From: Podarcis tiliguerta
Lineage: Eukaryota
Length of the DNA: 64,000 nt
Assembly (NCBI GenBank): GCA_965153285.1
Contig: OZ229111.1
Direction: 5' to 3' (one strand)
Shown: in pieces, positions 49,771 through 63,240 of the stretch
Layout of the letters: the number at the start of each line of letters is the position of its first letter
Numbering within the stretch: position 1 is the stretch's first letter
Made by a program: the position numbers and the translations under genes
The notes under the pieces: generated by a model
The model's database searches: none
The model's input: only the letters and a program-made list of their open reading frames with translations
Told to the model about the DNA's origin: nothing

Positions 49771-51600
49771 TATGCCACAAAGGGGGGAGGGAATCTAATT
49801 ATATGAAATCCTTCATTGATCAAAGTAGCAGCTTCCATTTTCAGGTGGCTTAGTCCAATCCCGTATCTAATACAAGGTTCGCCAATGTGATGACCTCCAG
49901 ATGTTGTCATGGTCAATAGTCATGGATGATGGGACTTGTAGTCCCAGAAACATCTGGAGAACACCACGTTGACTAAAAAGAGAGAGAACCCGCTGTCTTT
50001 GAAAGGTTCGCTTGAGCTAAGTTTTGAGTCCCAAAGATGTTTGAAATAGCTCAGTTTGTGCATTAGCATAACATTCCAGGTTTTTTTCTCTTCCATATTT
50101 CTAATGTTGGCAACTGATCCTGTTTACAGTATTTAGCCATCTGTATTCTCCCCACAACTGGCAGTGTTATTATCAAACATCTATCCTCAGTTTCAACATA
50201 TAAATTCACATATCCTAATAATATAGTTATGGGGTCACTAAAAGGATACCCATGGGCACAACAGCACCCTCAGTCACTCTCCCTTCCACCTCCCAATTCT
50301 TAATTTTTTTAAAATTGATTTTTTGTTTGGAGGGGGTGTTGGCCAGTTTTATTTTTGTTTGTATCTTGTTTATTTTGGGGTGCATACAGGAGTTTGGGCT
50401 GGGGGATTCTAAGCATCACCATTTTCCCCTCTGTGAAATGGGTATTTTTTTGGTACCCGCAACAGTTCCTTAGCTTTCCAAATGTGGCCCTGGGCCCAGA
50501 AAGGCTAGGGATACCTGCTATGGTCAAGGACATTATAGAAATTTCATATTTTGCAATATTCTCATGCAAAACAAAATATTCTGCTATTTTTGTGCCATCT
50601 TACACTCCGGCCAAAAATGTTCCATGTTTTAGAATTACTGTGTTAACTTGGCTCCAATGCGTTTTAAAATTATAATAAGATTATTTATTTAAGGGAGCCA
50701 ACTGGGCTCTATTCTAGGTTGCTCCCTATGCAGAGAAGCACAGATGACATTCATGACTAGGGCAGGAAAAAACCAAAGCTTTAGACTCTAAAGCTGTGAG
50801 TGTCGTTTTTATAGTAGTTTTCAAATGCTCCAGATTCTGATTTCCCCCACTCCCTGTGATTTTCTCTCCGTGTCTCTCTGTCTCTCCCTCTGCAGCTGCA
50901 ACATATTTGCAAGGCGTTTTATCCCATATATTACCAAATAGTGTATGAGAGACAGAGCTGTTCAGAGCGTGACATGCGGGGGAAGCAAAGGGTGCTGGGC
51001 AGTGATATAAAGGGCATCATTGTTACAGGGCTCCAAAACATAACCAAGTATATTCTGTAAGCTACAATCCTCCCCTGGACGTCGCAGTCAGGAGCTGCAT
51101 ACATAATTAACACCACCGAAAGGACAGGGCTGGTTTGCGTTCGCAAACCACACATGGATTTCAGCACCGAATAACGTTTCCAGAAAGTGATGCAAAACAC
51201 AGCACCACACGAAGCACGAAATAGGGCAAGCAAGGAATTCGGCAGCAGCTGAGGACAAATTATGCAGGCGGCTGGGTACTCAGCCAAAGGGGCGAGGAAG
51301 CGTTATCGACCGGGTATGCAGAGTTTCTGGCCAACGTGGGAATCATAGTGGTGACAGGGAGCTGAGAAAGGAAGAGGTAATTTGGCACTATTTTCCGCCT
51401 CTTCCTTCCCTCCATTTCTTGTGGAGAGAAACCAGCCACACCAGTAGGAAGGAACGCTGCAAAACATTGACAGGACTGGCAGTTCCCTGGGAAAACTGGG
51501 TTTGAACAGGACACGTAAATATTGGTTTGCCCATGGGAAAATAGAAACCTATGGCAGATACAGTTTTGTGCAATTAGGCTGATGGGAATCATAGTCTATA

Positions 51601-51831
51601 CAATGGTACCTCACTTCAGGTTACATACACTTCAGGTTACAGACTCCGCTAACCCAGAAATAGTGCTTCAGGTTAAAAACTTTGCTTCAGGATGTGAACA
51701 GAAACCGTGCTCCGGCAGCGCAGTGGCAGCAGGAGGCCCCATTAGCTAAAGTGGTGCTTCAGGTAAATAACAGTTTCAGGTTAAGAACGGACCTTCAGAA
51801 CGAATTAAGTACTTAACCCGAGGTACCACTG
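51601..51831. mobile_element. pogo/Tigger-like MITE, copy 5
   Basis: TA|CAATGGTACCTC ... CCCGAGGTACCACTG|TA; same orientation as copy 1. Confidence 0.92.
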
Positions 51832-54299
51832 TATTGCTGTCTGGATGTTTGAAGGGCCCAAGCTTAGGGAAAGCTGACCTGCCCCCTTATTTGACCCAAT
51901 GTTTCTCTCAAAAAATATGAGGTAGGGCAACAACAAACACAGTATTTCCCATTTCCAGCAGAAAAGCAAACAAAACCCAAAGACTGTAATATATGAAAAA
52001 GCAGTATTGCTTTACATTCCTATTGGAACCGCCATTTCCATGTGTATTTCCCACTTAGCACATATAGCCACTTCAGCTCATGAGAAAATCCTTTCCTTTT
52101 TTATTTAAGCAATCGGGCAAAGCATGCGTCATATCTGTCTTTGGCCCAACGTCCTTCCGTGACATGGAATGACAGCCGTTGCTCTTGCATCTGACAATGG
52201 AATCAAGCAAATGCCAGCCTGTCATAGTTCAATTCACAGTGGACAGATGGTTTATATATGAATAAAATGAAACCCCAATGAGGGCTGAGTAGACTGTCAA
52301 AAGTCCACATGGAGAAGGACGGCTAAAGAGTTTGACATGAACTTGAGGAACCTATCATTAAGTCATGCTTCTACCATGGACTCATTTAACCCCAATCCAG
52401 CAAGGGAGACACATTTGCAAAAACAGGTGATTTGAGTGTACCTGCAGACTGTACTGCAATGGTCACCAAGGCTCCCCTGATCTGACTGGAGGTTTGTTTG
52501 TTTTTTTCATTTGGATAGGGATATCCATCCTATCCACACCCGCTAGCAGATGTGCATGGCTCGAGTTATCGTGTGGCCTCGGGCAAGCCACATTTCCTCA
52601 GGTCACCATCTGTGACATTGACAGCTACTGCCCTGGCAAGGCTGTTGGGAAGAAGAAGACTCTGCAAGCATTTTTCAAATCAAAATGCTTCACTTAAGAA
52701 ATAAAGCAGTCAACTAACAGCCTGGCTACATATTCCAGTGTGCAATGCTGGGAGCAGAGTGGGGGACCACTTTCACCCCAAAACAAAGTGGGATCGTCGT
52801 CAAAATCGAGACCCATCTGACCAAGGTTTGTATAAAACAAGGAGGTGGTGTTGGTGCATCTTTGAAATCCTTTCATTTGTCAGTGGTGACACTGACGCAT
52901 TGAATTGTGCCTCAGGGTCTTCACTTGCTCCACATGGCGTTTGCTACCATGTGGGAAGCTAGGCCTCCACAACAACTGAGGGCCAAATCAATATATGGTT
53001 TCCATAGAGGCTGCTGAAATTTGCTTTGATGAGACATCAAAGTGATGTTGAAAGTCATTTTTTAATATCATCCGGTCTAATCAGATAGAGACTCTTCATG
53101 CTAGGACGACACCATCCTAGCAAGATTCTCCATGCTGATAGCTATTAGGTTTAACCTTTCAGACATTTCAGTCATGGAGTTACTTCATGGGATTCCTCTC
53201 CCACTCCAAGCCTCCAGGAAAGGTTGAAAGGAAATAGTGTCCCTATTTTAGCTAGAACAACAACAACAACCTTGCACTCTCTCCTGCTGCTCTGCAACTT
53301 GGACTGCATAACACCTTTCTTGGCAGTCCCACCTACCTTGGGGTGTGAATGAAAGGAGCAAAACAATTTGTTTTTGATCCTAGACAGACAGACAGACTTG
53401 AGAAAGCAGCTTTGCTTGCTCAGATGGTGATAAACACTGGGCTATTGTATTGGTTTTATGGCCAGTGCTGTCTTTGATGCAGAGTAACTTGGAGACAATG
53501 TACTGAAAGGAATATTTTCTTTCATCTTTTAACATCCAATGGCAATCCCAAGAAGTTAATTGCAACAGGAAAATGTCATGCAAAGGTAAAATGAAATCAT
53601 GCTTCCTGATCCTGAGTAATTCATTTGACCTGCTCAGTTGCCTGCTGTCTCCTGGCACGTTGTTGCTCCTATGGTAATATTATCTTCAAGATTGTGGGCT
53701 TCACCATTCTAGGGAGCAAGATGTTAGACTAGATAGACCTTTGCTTTTCCAATCTGAGCTGGAAAGAGTGTGGTAATCTCTCGGGCTGGTACCACGACAG
53801 AGATTTCATCTATTTGTCCTTTCAGTGACCAAACTGCTGGTGCAAGGGAAAATATAGAAAGGAGAATTCCTGGATGCCAAGATCCAGTATAGGCTGTTAG
53901 ACCTTTAAAATATGCTCTTGTGAGTGCCAAAAACTTCCCTCTAGCATAGAAAAAGACCATGCATTTGGTAATTTAAAAATGGTTTACTTACCAACTCTCC
54001 AATGGTCAGATTCATGTGCTTTTCCGTACAGCATTCATAAAAAGTTGCACAGGAAGTAATGATTAGTTTAGTTCCAAAGTGGATAAAATTCCTAAATTAC
54101 GGGTATAGAAACTCAAGAGTGGCTTGTGAGAGCCATGCAGCTAAGTTGAAGGAATCAGCTTAGCTTCTTCACATGCTGAGTTCATCAGGGAGACTGGAGG
54201 AACAAAGGCTTGATAAACCTAGTTCCTGCCAAGGTGAGCTAATCCTGGCAGGACAGTTTACTCTGTGGTCTTAACCCCTTCATGCATTAATTCAGTCTT

Positions 54300-54475
54300 A
54301 AGCCAGATCTGCACCCTACATTAAAAGCACTGTTGTACTACTATAACAGTCTTGGCTTCCACCGAAGTATCCTGAAAACTGTAGTTTGATAAGGGTGCTG
54401 AGAGTTGTTAGGAGACCCCTATTCCCCTCCCAGAGCTACAATTCTCAGAGTGGTTTAACAATCAATCCCATCCCA
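54300..54475. mobile_element. Interspersed non-autonomous DNA-transposon-like fragment
   Basis: CTGTAGTTTG..AAGGGTGCTGAGAGTTGTTAGGAGACCCCTATTCCCCTC..AGAGCTACAATTC recalled as a common lizard repeat; ends not resolved. Confidence 0.5.
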
Positions 54476-54557
54476 CACACCTAGGTGACCTGCATCTTCC
54501 TGGTAAGTGGCATTCAGTCACCAGGCCTGAGTGATGATGTAGCTGATGATGTAGCTG

Positions 54558-54558
<1 letters not shown>

Positions 54559-54592
<34 letters not shown>
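54559..54592. repeat. (AC)n microsatellite
   Basis: Directly visible. Confidence 0.95.
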
Positions 54593-54593
<1 letters not shown>

Positions 54594-55666
54594 AATTCAT
54601 GCTGCAAAAGCATACAAATTCTTTTAATTTAGTATCTGCTTTCCAAATATAAATTAACAGCTGTATTCACAGTATGTCATCCAACTAATTCAGCTACTTG
54701 AAGAAGCCTGTTAGATCTCTCGGTGCACCGAGCAGCCTCTTCCTCTGATCCATTTTTCCTTTTCTTCTCCTTTTTAAATTTAGGGTGAAACAAGATTGTT
54801 CCAAGAGTCCAGCACAGCAGGTAAACTTGCTTTATGTTGCCTGTATGCTTCCCTGCAGCCAAGCGCATTTGCACATCAACAGTATTGCTTTGCAGCAGGG
54901 CTACCCAGTGACATTATCTTCAAAAGTACTTCAAGGCCAGTGGAACGCTGCGGGGAGCTCTGCTTTTTTAAAAAAGAAAAAAAAGAGAGCAGGAATAAAG
55001 GAAACCTCACAAAACTTATTTATGAATTTCCTTGGCAATGTTGATTCTTTTACCAGCCCTAGCAATAGTGATTAGGGCGGGAGTTAGCAGAGATTCAGGA
55101 CTGCACCAACTCAATTTGCCTGGTCACCTTGCTGCGCATCAGAACATTTCAGCATCCTTGGTGTGCTTTGGGAAATGTTTGACCGCTGCAGAGGGCACTG
55201 AAATCTAAGGCTATGATCTGATTTCTCTCCCTTCTCCTTGCACACTGTGTTTTTCAGCTGCAGGTTTTCAGCTGTCAAAGAATCTGACATCCAGTTTTCA
55301 GGGCTCCACTGTGAGAGAGGTCTTGGGTGAGCCAGGAGCTGGGAACTAGGGGCTGTGGGGCAGAGCAGTATTCAGGACTCAAGAGTAAGTCAGAACCCAA
55401 GGAGAAAGCAGAAGGGAGGCAGGAGTTGGAACCAAAAGGACGAAGGGACAGGAGAAGGAGCAAGTCTGAAGTCAGGATTGAAGAACAACCAAGGACATAG
55501 GAACATGGCAGAGCTCGGGCACTGCCCATACTCCTTTCTGTCTAGTAGGCTCCAAAGGCCAGCCTGGAAGGGGGGAGGCAGTCCAAGGCCTGAGGTACTT
55601 CACCACAAAGCAGCCAGCTGCATTCCATGGGGCAGCTGCACACAGATCCCAGCAGCTCCTGTAGTA

Positions 55667-55963
55667 CCATACTGGCCCGAATATAAGCTGCAATTCCCCC
55701 CCCCCCAATTCTGACCGCGAATATAAGTGCAGCTTATATTTGCGACCTTACAAAAATTACCCTGTATGCAGCCAGGAGCGTGGGGCAAGCAGTGACCGCC
55801 CTAGACGTAGTCGCCCATCCTCTCCCCCAAGGCCAGGGAGGGTAGAAAGCGAGGAAGGGAGCGGCTTATATTCAGATATTGTCTTTTTCTCTCTCTCCCC
55901 CCCCCCTTGACTTTTAAATGTGCGGCTTATATTTGGGTGAGGCTTATATTCGGGCCAATATTG
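55667..55963. mobile_element. Tc1/mariner-superfamily MITE
   Basis: TIRs CCATACTGGCCCGAATATAAGC / GCTTATATTCGGGCCAATATTG; repeated internal GCTTATATT motifs; TA on the left flank. Confidence 0.82.
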
Positions 55964-56445
55964 TTGCAAAGGTGGCACACCAACCCCCAAATTCCAGGGA
56001 GTTCCAGGCACTCACCCAGGTCATGCTTCCATTGTGAATCAAGATGGGGCAGAGACTTTAGTGGCTTCATGTGCATATGTACAACTTAAGCGTAAGTGGA
56101 GGGAGTTGCAGATCTTGCAGCGTTGTCATCTCAAAAGTGACAATTCCCTGCTTCCCTCATGGAATCAGCCAGCTTGCGTCTAGAACAGCTAGCCATGCCC
56201 CCTAGTCTCTGGGTTGCAGTCTCTCCAGCCAGCAGTTCTGGCCCTCCAGCCCCTGCATAGAGTTCTAACCTGTCCAGCAGCTCATGGGCCTTTGTTCTCC
56301 CTTCTTCTTCTCAGCAACTCCTTCCCATCATCTTGGCACCCTCTGTTTTGCCCAGACTCACATGCCTTCTTTACTGTATGGATGCCTGGCCGTTGTTTCA
56401 TAATGGCCTACATTCAACAAGCATGGCCAGGCTAGTTTGCCTAGA

Positions 56446-56503
56446 GCTCTGTTCCATGGGGTCATGAAGAGTCGGACACGACTAAACGACTAAACAACAA
56501 CAA
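56446..56503 (+). mobile_element. Very short BovB 3' terminus
   Basis: CCATGGGGTCATGAAGAGTCGGACACGACTAAACGACTAAAC(AAC)n. Confidence 0.9.
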
Positions 56504-57572
56504 CTGCTGCAGCCTGTATTTTCCCTTCAATATAAAAAATATAAGCTAGATTCTGACATTCATTATTTTATTGGGTTTAGGGGGTCTCCCTCCCAAAATT
56601 ATAACAATGTCCATAATGTGGGCAACCACCTGAATGTCATGATTCCATGCATGTGTAGCTAAAGAGATAATTTAGAAGAGAACGTTAACTCCTATCCTGA
56701 GTGATTCTGAGGAGAACAGCACTGCGGGTGGGTTCAGAATAGAAAGGGTGGCTAGAGAATGGAGCATTCTGTCACAATCTGTGGCAGCCACAGAAAGACC
56801 CACACAGCTGGGCATTTCCCCAAAACCAGACATAACAGAATGCTCCTTTCGTTGTATCCCACTTGGTTAGACACACACCAAGCAGTCATGCCAGAATACC
56901 GGTTTAAGGCTGTTTAACCATCCGGCTTTAAGAGCCTAGAGAAAAGCCTATAAGCAGGCTATTAGATGTTTCAGATAAATTAACAAACAAGTTAGCAGGC
57001 TCAATAGGGAATGGAAAGGAGAGTAGATGCTAGCCGTGAGGGGTACACCCCACATATTCTCAAAACACTTCCATACCAGTGGTTCCATAGACTCTTTTCT
57101 TCATCAAACAAAACTTCACAAATCCACTGCTCTTCATGCTTTTTTCTCACTACTTGAACAATCTTTGCATTGTGCTTAAGGATGCATCAGGCAGGAGATG
57201 TTTTTAATCATTGGTCTCCCAGACAATATGAATTGGGGGCTTTCATACAGCTGGTGAAGAAGAACTGCCCAGGATTTGGGGATAGGTAGGATCCAGATGG
57301 CATCTGATGTAATTTGGGGGGGGGCTGTTTGCTTATGAACATGTTGCTGGGTATCAGTAGAATGGCGGGGATAATGGTAACACACAGTTGTGTCATGCCA
57401 GGAGTGGGGACCCCCCCACCCAAGATTCAAATCAGCCATGGAGTTTATTGAGTGACCCTTAGGGGAAAACCGACTATCTGAAGGCATATGGGGCAGTGCA
57501 AGAGTAGGGGCAGCAGTCCATGCACACCACAGTGAGCTTCTTGAAGAGTGTGGCAATAAATATAGGCAATAA

Positions 57573-57956
57573 ATTGTTGTTGTTTAGTCTTTTAGTTGTG
57601 TCTGACTCTTCGTGACCCCATGGACCAGAGCACACCAGGCACTCTTGTCTTCCACTGCCTCCCGCAGTTTGGTCAAACTCATGCTGGTACATCCCCTTCT
57701 CCTTATGCCCTCCATCTTTCCCAACATCAGTGTCTTTTCTAGAGAGTCTTCTCTTCTCATGAGGTAGCCAAAGTATTGGAGCCTCAGCTTCAGGATCTGT
57801 CCTTCCAGTGAGCAGTCAGGCTGATTTCCTTCAGAATGGATAGGTTTGATCTTCTTGCAGTCCATGGGACTCTCAAGAGTCTCCTCTAGCACCATAATTC
57901 AAAAGCATCAATTCTTCAGCGATCAACCTTCTTTATGGTCCAGCTCTCACTTCCAT
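57573..57956 (-). mobile_element. BovB 3' end with a small internal deletion
   Basis: SLEGQILKLRLQYFGYLMRREDSLEKTLMLGKMEG...HGVTKS; about 37 nt missing at about 57690 relative to the 25051 copy. Confidence 0.93.
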
Positions 57957-58038
57957 TAGCTAGCAGCACTCATTTCCTGCAAGCTTGAGTCAGCCACACG
58001 GGAGTATATTGAAAGAACCCTGACAATCATCCACTATG

Positions 58039-58142
58039 TCAGGGGGCAGGAGGAATGTGGCCCCTCCAGATGTTGCTGGACAACAACTCCCATCATGCAT
58101 GACCATTGGCCTCACTGGAGGGCCACAGGTTTCCCACACCTG
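58039..58142. mobile_element. Short palindromic hAT-like MITE remnant (similar remnant at about 49880-49970)
   Basis: TGTGGCCCTCCAG...CTGGAGGGCCACA inverted arms around CAACTCCCATCA. Confidence 0.65.
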
Positions 58143-60166
58143 CTCTAGGGGCTATTTTCCACCCAGGCAAACAAAACATACCCACCAACAGTGGGCCACA
58201 TCCAAGGCTGCAGATCTGTTGGCACAAGAGACTTGCATGTGTGCAATGGAATTTCTTCCTCTCTTGTTACCTCCGCTCCCTCACACACTCTCAAAATCAG
58301 CTCCTGAGGGTTGGCAGATCCTCCAGAGCAGATTTGGTGAGAGGAGAAACAGAAGCTCCATTGCACCAGCAGAACTGAGTTGGGATGCAATGCCTTGGCA
58401 ATGCCTTTCAGTGGCCCCTTTCCATGCCTAACCTTTAATGTACCTTCTGCATATTCCCATCCAAGTTTCACACTGACAAACAAAAATGTTTCTTCATCCA
58501 CCTCCTTTTTTGCCTCACCTCCTCCTCAGACTGGAGCTGATTCGAGGCAATCGATAGAAGAGCAAAGGGGTGTCTCTCAAAATGAGCTCATGGCAGTTTC
58601 AGTTTTGAGCAAACACTTGAATGCTTTCCAGTTTGGCTAAGTCGAATACAGCAGACAGCTTCAGAATGGAATTCTCTTGCTAGACGAACGGAAAGAGGTA
58701 CCAAACACCTAGGCATGCAAAATACTCTCTCGTCCCCTTGCTACAGGGCCTTCTTAACTTTAGTTTCCACAAAGACAAGCCTGCCTTAATATATTGCCTG
58801 CCAGATGATTGGCTGAATCCATTGTCCCATTCCACCAAGGCATAGCTGGCAGAGCTATAACTCTCCAAAGCTCACCAAGGTAAGCAACAGAAATGCTTGA
58901 TACAGGATTTGAATTATAATTCTGAGCAGCGTCAAACATCTCAGACCCGGAACTCAAAAGCCATAAAGAGTTCAAAGGCAGCTTGCGAACTGTGCTCAAA
59001 CTCACAGCAGAGTTATAATGGAGGAGCTTTCGCACTGTTCAACTTTCCTATTCATCAACTGTAACGCCACACCAAGATCCCTCTCGGTATCTTTTGCCAG
59101 TGGCTCTTTTAAAGTGGATGTTATATTAATAATCCAAGAGCTTTTTCTAAAAAGAGTTAACCTCTCGGGATAAGCTCGGCATCACTGCCAACAGAACATT
59201 TCTCATTCAGGTTGCTCTGTCTCGTAAAAGGATGGAGGGGAACCGCAAAATGGAGGAGAGGAAAGGACAAGTGAGGGGGGAGGAAGAAGAGATGGTGTCC
59301 ACAAGGAAGAAGCCAGAGCAGGATTTTCTGTAATAAAATGATACCTAGTTAGCTAAAACGGTGTGGGTAGGGCTGTGTAGGAAATCTGGAGGTACAGCAG
59401 GAAAGGCTATTCATCCTTCATGTCTTCTCATCATGGTTCCAAAGGGAAACGGTGACCCAAAACAGTGTCATGGCAGCCTTCAATAATGCTGGCAGTGTGT
59501 GTTAGTTGCCAGTTCGGAACAACGGGAAGAGCGGTGTTTTACTCAGATGGATTCTAAATAAATAGTATTCAAATCATGTGACTCCCTTCAGTTAAAAACT
59601 CAGAAACTTAGGGAGCATGAAATGAGTTGCTTCAACAATTAAATTGCATGCCCCTTCTCTCCTCTCTGCCCTCCAAATCAAGCGCTAATCAGGTATTCTC
59701 TTCCACCAATGATTACACCACATGACAAGCAGAGCAGGGACAAGCCTGTTGGCCCCATCTTCTCCATTGCATTCCTGTAGCAAATAACATTGCCATCCAT
59801 GTATTGATGAGGCAAAGCTGGGCAGCAGAGAGACTCTTCCCTGCACACACACAAAATGATGCTGAACTGTGGAACAGTGAACTGCAAACAGGTGCAAAAA
59901 AAAAGTGAGTATTTTTGGGCAGAAATTTGGGAAACTCTTCAGCCTCTCCCTCCCAAAGTCAACTTTTTACAACAAAGTTGTCGATTTGTATGAAGGCCAC
60001 AATGAGACTATCAAGCTTTATATTTAAAGTGTGGGGACCAGTTGGATAAAATTCCACCCCACACATTAAGGTTCAGTGACTTGAAGGTTTCAACTTTTCT
60101 AGCTTTCTCTCATCCAATAATCGGTGTGTGTCCAGTTGGTTTTCTCATACTTGCCATCAACTAAAG

Positions 60167-60364
60167 CAGGCATGTCCAAAGTCCGTTTCGGGGGCCTAAT
60201 CTGGCCCGCCGATTGGTTTAATCTTTGTTTCCTGGGGTAAAATCCTAAAAAAAAAAACTCTCAACAACTTCAATCTTAAAAGAAGCTCCACAACTTTGGT
60301 TGGCCCCCACGGCCCTTCACTTCATCAAATCTGGCCCTCTTTGAAAAAAGTTTGGACACCACTG
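60167..60364. mobile_element. hAT MITE
   Basis: Ends CAGGCATGTCCAAA / TTTGGACACCACTG; ACTAAAG on both flanks, offset by 2 nt on the right. Confidence 0.78.
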
Positions 60365-61924
60365 ATTACTAAAGTAAGCAGTTGTGCAGATGAGAGTGAG
60401 GTAAACCTGTGTCAGACATCTTGAAACATGAATTGTGTTCTCTTGTTTGGACTTTACATACACCTACAGTGCTGAAGTTCAAGAAGCTACTGAACCAGTC
60501 AGCAAGCTATCCTCTAAAGTGGCTGGGATGCGAAGGAGGGTCAGTTATCTGGGCTTCTGCATTGCCTCCAGTCACCACCTCTTTTGCAGGCATAACTATA
60601 TTTGGAAAAGGCCTGGTTGCAATTAAGTTTTGAGTGAAACAATGGCACACACCCCTTGTTTGGCATCAGACCTGCCAGCATCAGGGTTCCACCATCAATC
60701 CAGAGCAAATCCAGTAAGCTGGTGTGTCATCATATTCTGCCAGTGTGATGGGATTTGTTACTTCAAGTTCAAAAGTTTGTCGTTCTAGACGAAGGGCCAA
60801 GACAAACTTGTAGCAATGGTATTCATCACACAATATGCAGTGTATATCCATAACAGAAGCCATGCTGTAAGAGGCAGAAGATACTGTCAACACCAACAAG
60901 GCAGTGTGATGGGATTTATTAGCAATGCTGCAGACATTAACTCTGAGGAAGGATTGCTCTGTTTGTCATATTGCAGTAGGACTTCTGCAGCTCTCCCATA
61001 AAGTCCTGCAAACTCTACCAGCAGCTGCACCAGAGTGCGCATTTGCCAGTAAACATATGGCTGGAGCAAATCTTTATTTGAAGAATGCAAACCTATGGAG
61101 CGAGATATTGTTCCACAGCACCTGCAGGGCAGCTGAAAGACATCTAGCCAAGACCAGATAGATAGATTCAATAGCGAGTGTGGAAGAGTTCGTTTCAACA
61201 GCACACAGCACAGCAAGGATGTTCCGAGCGTTCCACCCTGTGAAATATGTTGCCTTTCAAAAAGGATAATAGCTTTTGCAGTCTTATGAAGCATGACAGA
61301 TGCAGCCTTGCATCTTTTACAGTGCAGAGTTACTAATATACTCTCTTCATTCTATGGCTAAGCTCTGCCTATATATGTACTCAACACATTCCCTTTTCTA
61401 CTTAAGATTATGTTGCCCCATTGCCATTCGTCTATCAACACATCCCATTTCCTATTCAAGCGCACGTCGCTGCTATTGCCATTTGTCTGCGAGATTCTCA
61501 TAAAAGGCGCATTTCAGTTGCCAATAAAGGACATGAAGAAGTTCAAACACTAGATAGATAAAACAGGCACGAGTTGAACACAAGAAGAGCCCACTGTTCT
61601 CACAGTGGCAAATAGGGGTGGCAGACCCTCTAGGGCTGACCTGAAGTTCCCAGATTGGGCTGCACCCCGCCTCCTGCGCCCAGGTAGCAGGGGGAAGCCT
61701 TAAATCTCCGCGTGAGCTCCATAAATAAATAAATAGTTAAAAAGAGTGTGGGAGTAGGGGGCGAGGCAGTATCCTAGTGCATATGGACATAAGTACTCTC
61801 CTCAATCAGACCAAAGCCCTATTTAATCACAGAATCATGTTTTCACAGTGCCTAACCTGACGCCTCTGGGAAGCCCAAAAGTAAGACACAAAGGCACTAT
61901 CCTGTTCCTGCTTTTCCTCTGTAA

Positions 61925-62154
61925 CAACCGGTATCCGCCACCAGCTGGCACTGACCTGTGACAGAGCCTTTTCAGTGGTGGTTCCCTTGTTGTGGAAAGC
62001 CCTCCCTAATGAGGTATTCCTCTCTTCATCATTATTGGGCTTCAGGGTGGATTTGAAAACATTATTGTTCACCCAGACACTCGGTGCCCGTAGAATACTC
62101 TTCCTGGCAACCTTAAGTTCATTGGATGGATTAATGTTTTAAATTAACTGCAAG

Positions 62155-62189
<35 letters not shown>

Positions 62190-62280
62190 GGCTTTCTTTT
62201 TCTTATTCAGTTGTGTATCTGTTTAGCACCCTGGGCTCCTTCCTGGGGAAGGATAAGATATAAATTCAATCAATCAATAA
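61925..62280 (+). mobile_element. Old L2 3' end containing a (GT)n microsatellite (62159-62187)
   Basis: GACAGAGCCTTTTCAGTGGTGG...TGTGGAAAGCCCTCCC (RAFSVV..LW.ALP) and an (AATC)n tail. Confidence 0.7.
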
Positions 62281-62609
62281 AATCCAGAGGTATGTTGTTG
62301 CCATTGAAGCCACAACAGCCAGATAAGGAGATCTGAGGGCATCTGGGGAAGGGATCTGTCACGCTCTCAGTGGCATCCTTGGAACCATGCCAGGATCCTA
62401 AAAGAGTCCTTGTAACAGAGATGATAAATAACCAATTTATTTTGTGACATTTCAAGAAAATAGTTCAGTTACCCAAGCACACAAATTGAACCCAGAGGGG
62501 TCTGACCACAACTAATCACCTCATTTTGTGTTCATTTTCATGAATGTTGCATAGTGGTATTCCTAGGAGATTTTCATTGCGAATGAGACTATTCACATAT
62601 TTTCGGTGT

Positions 62610-62790
62610 TACTTTATTATTTACTACACTCGTACCTCGACTTTCCTCATAAGGAAATCGAGGCAGCATACATAGTCCTCCCTGCCTCCATTTTATCCTC
62701 ACACCAAACTTGTGAGGTAGGTCAGGCTGAGAGATAGTAACTGGGCCATGTGAGCATCATAGGCGAACAGAGATTTCAACCCAGGCCTCC
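62610..62790 (-). mobile_element. MIR-like SINE, old
   Basis: CCATTTTATCCTCACA...TGTGAGGTAGGTCAGGCTGAGAGA...GATTTCAACCCAGG, antisense MIR core and head. Confidence 0.7.
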
Positions 62791-63103
62791 CATTTGGTGG
62801 GGTGTGATTCAATTATTTACCAGCAAGTCCAGGTTGTGGAATTAAAGTTGATTTGGCACTTTTGCACAACAAACTCATTTTCTCCCAAACCAGACTTTAT
62901 GTAATAAGGAAAGTGAGGGGAATAGGCACTGGAAAGTGGGGGACAGCACTTTCTTGACACAATGCATTCTAACCTTCCTGTAAACAAATCATAATGAATG
63001 CTCAGTAAACAGCCAGTGTCATGTAACGTCCCTGGAAACTTGGCGTAAAGAAGTCTTAATGAATGCTCAATAAACCTGTTACCTGCAGGTGATCCTAGTC
63101 CGA

Positions 63104-63240
63104 TACGCTGCACTATATCCCCTCATGCCATTGGCTATGGAGAGTCACATGGCCATGTTGATGATGCCATGATATATTTACGCTGCACTATATCCCCTCA
63201 TGCCATTGGCTACGGAGAGTCACATGGCCATGTTGATGAT
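63104..63240. repeat. Local 62-bp direct duplication (period 75)
   Basis: 63104-63165 and 63179-63240 are identical except for one base. Confidence 0.95.

Noticed and set aside
60681-61294. Cluster of 60-135 aa ORFs and a repeated CAGTGTGATGGGATTT (60741 and 60903)
   Set aside because: No domain or splice logic; a single 16-nt repeat pair is too little to interpret.
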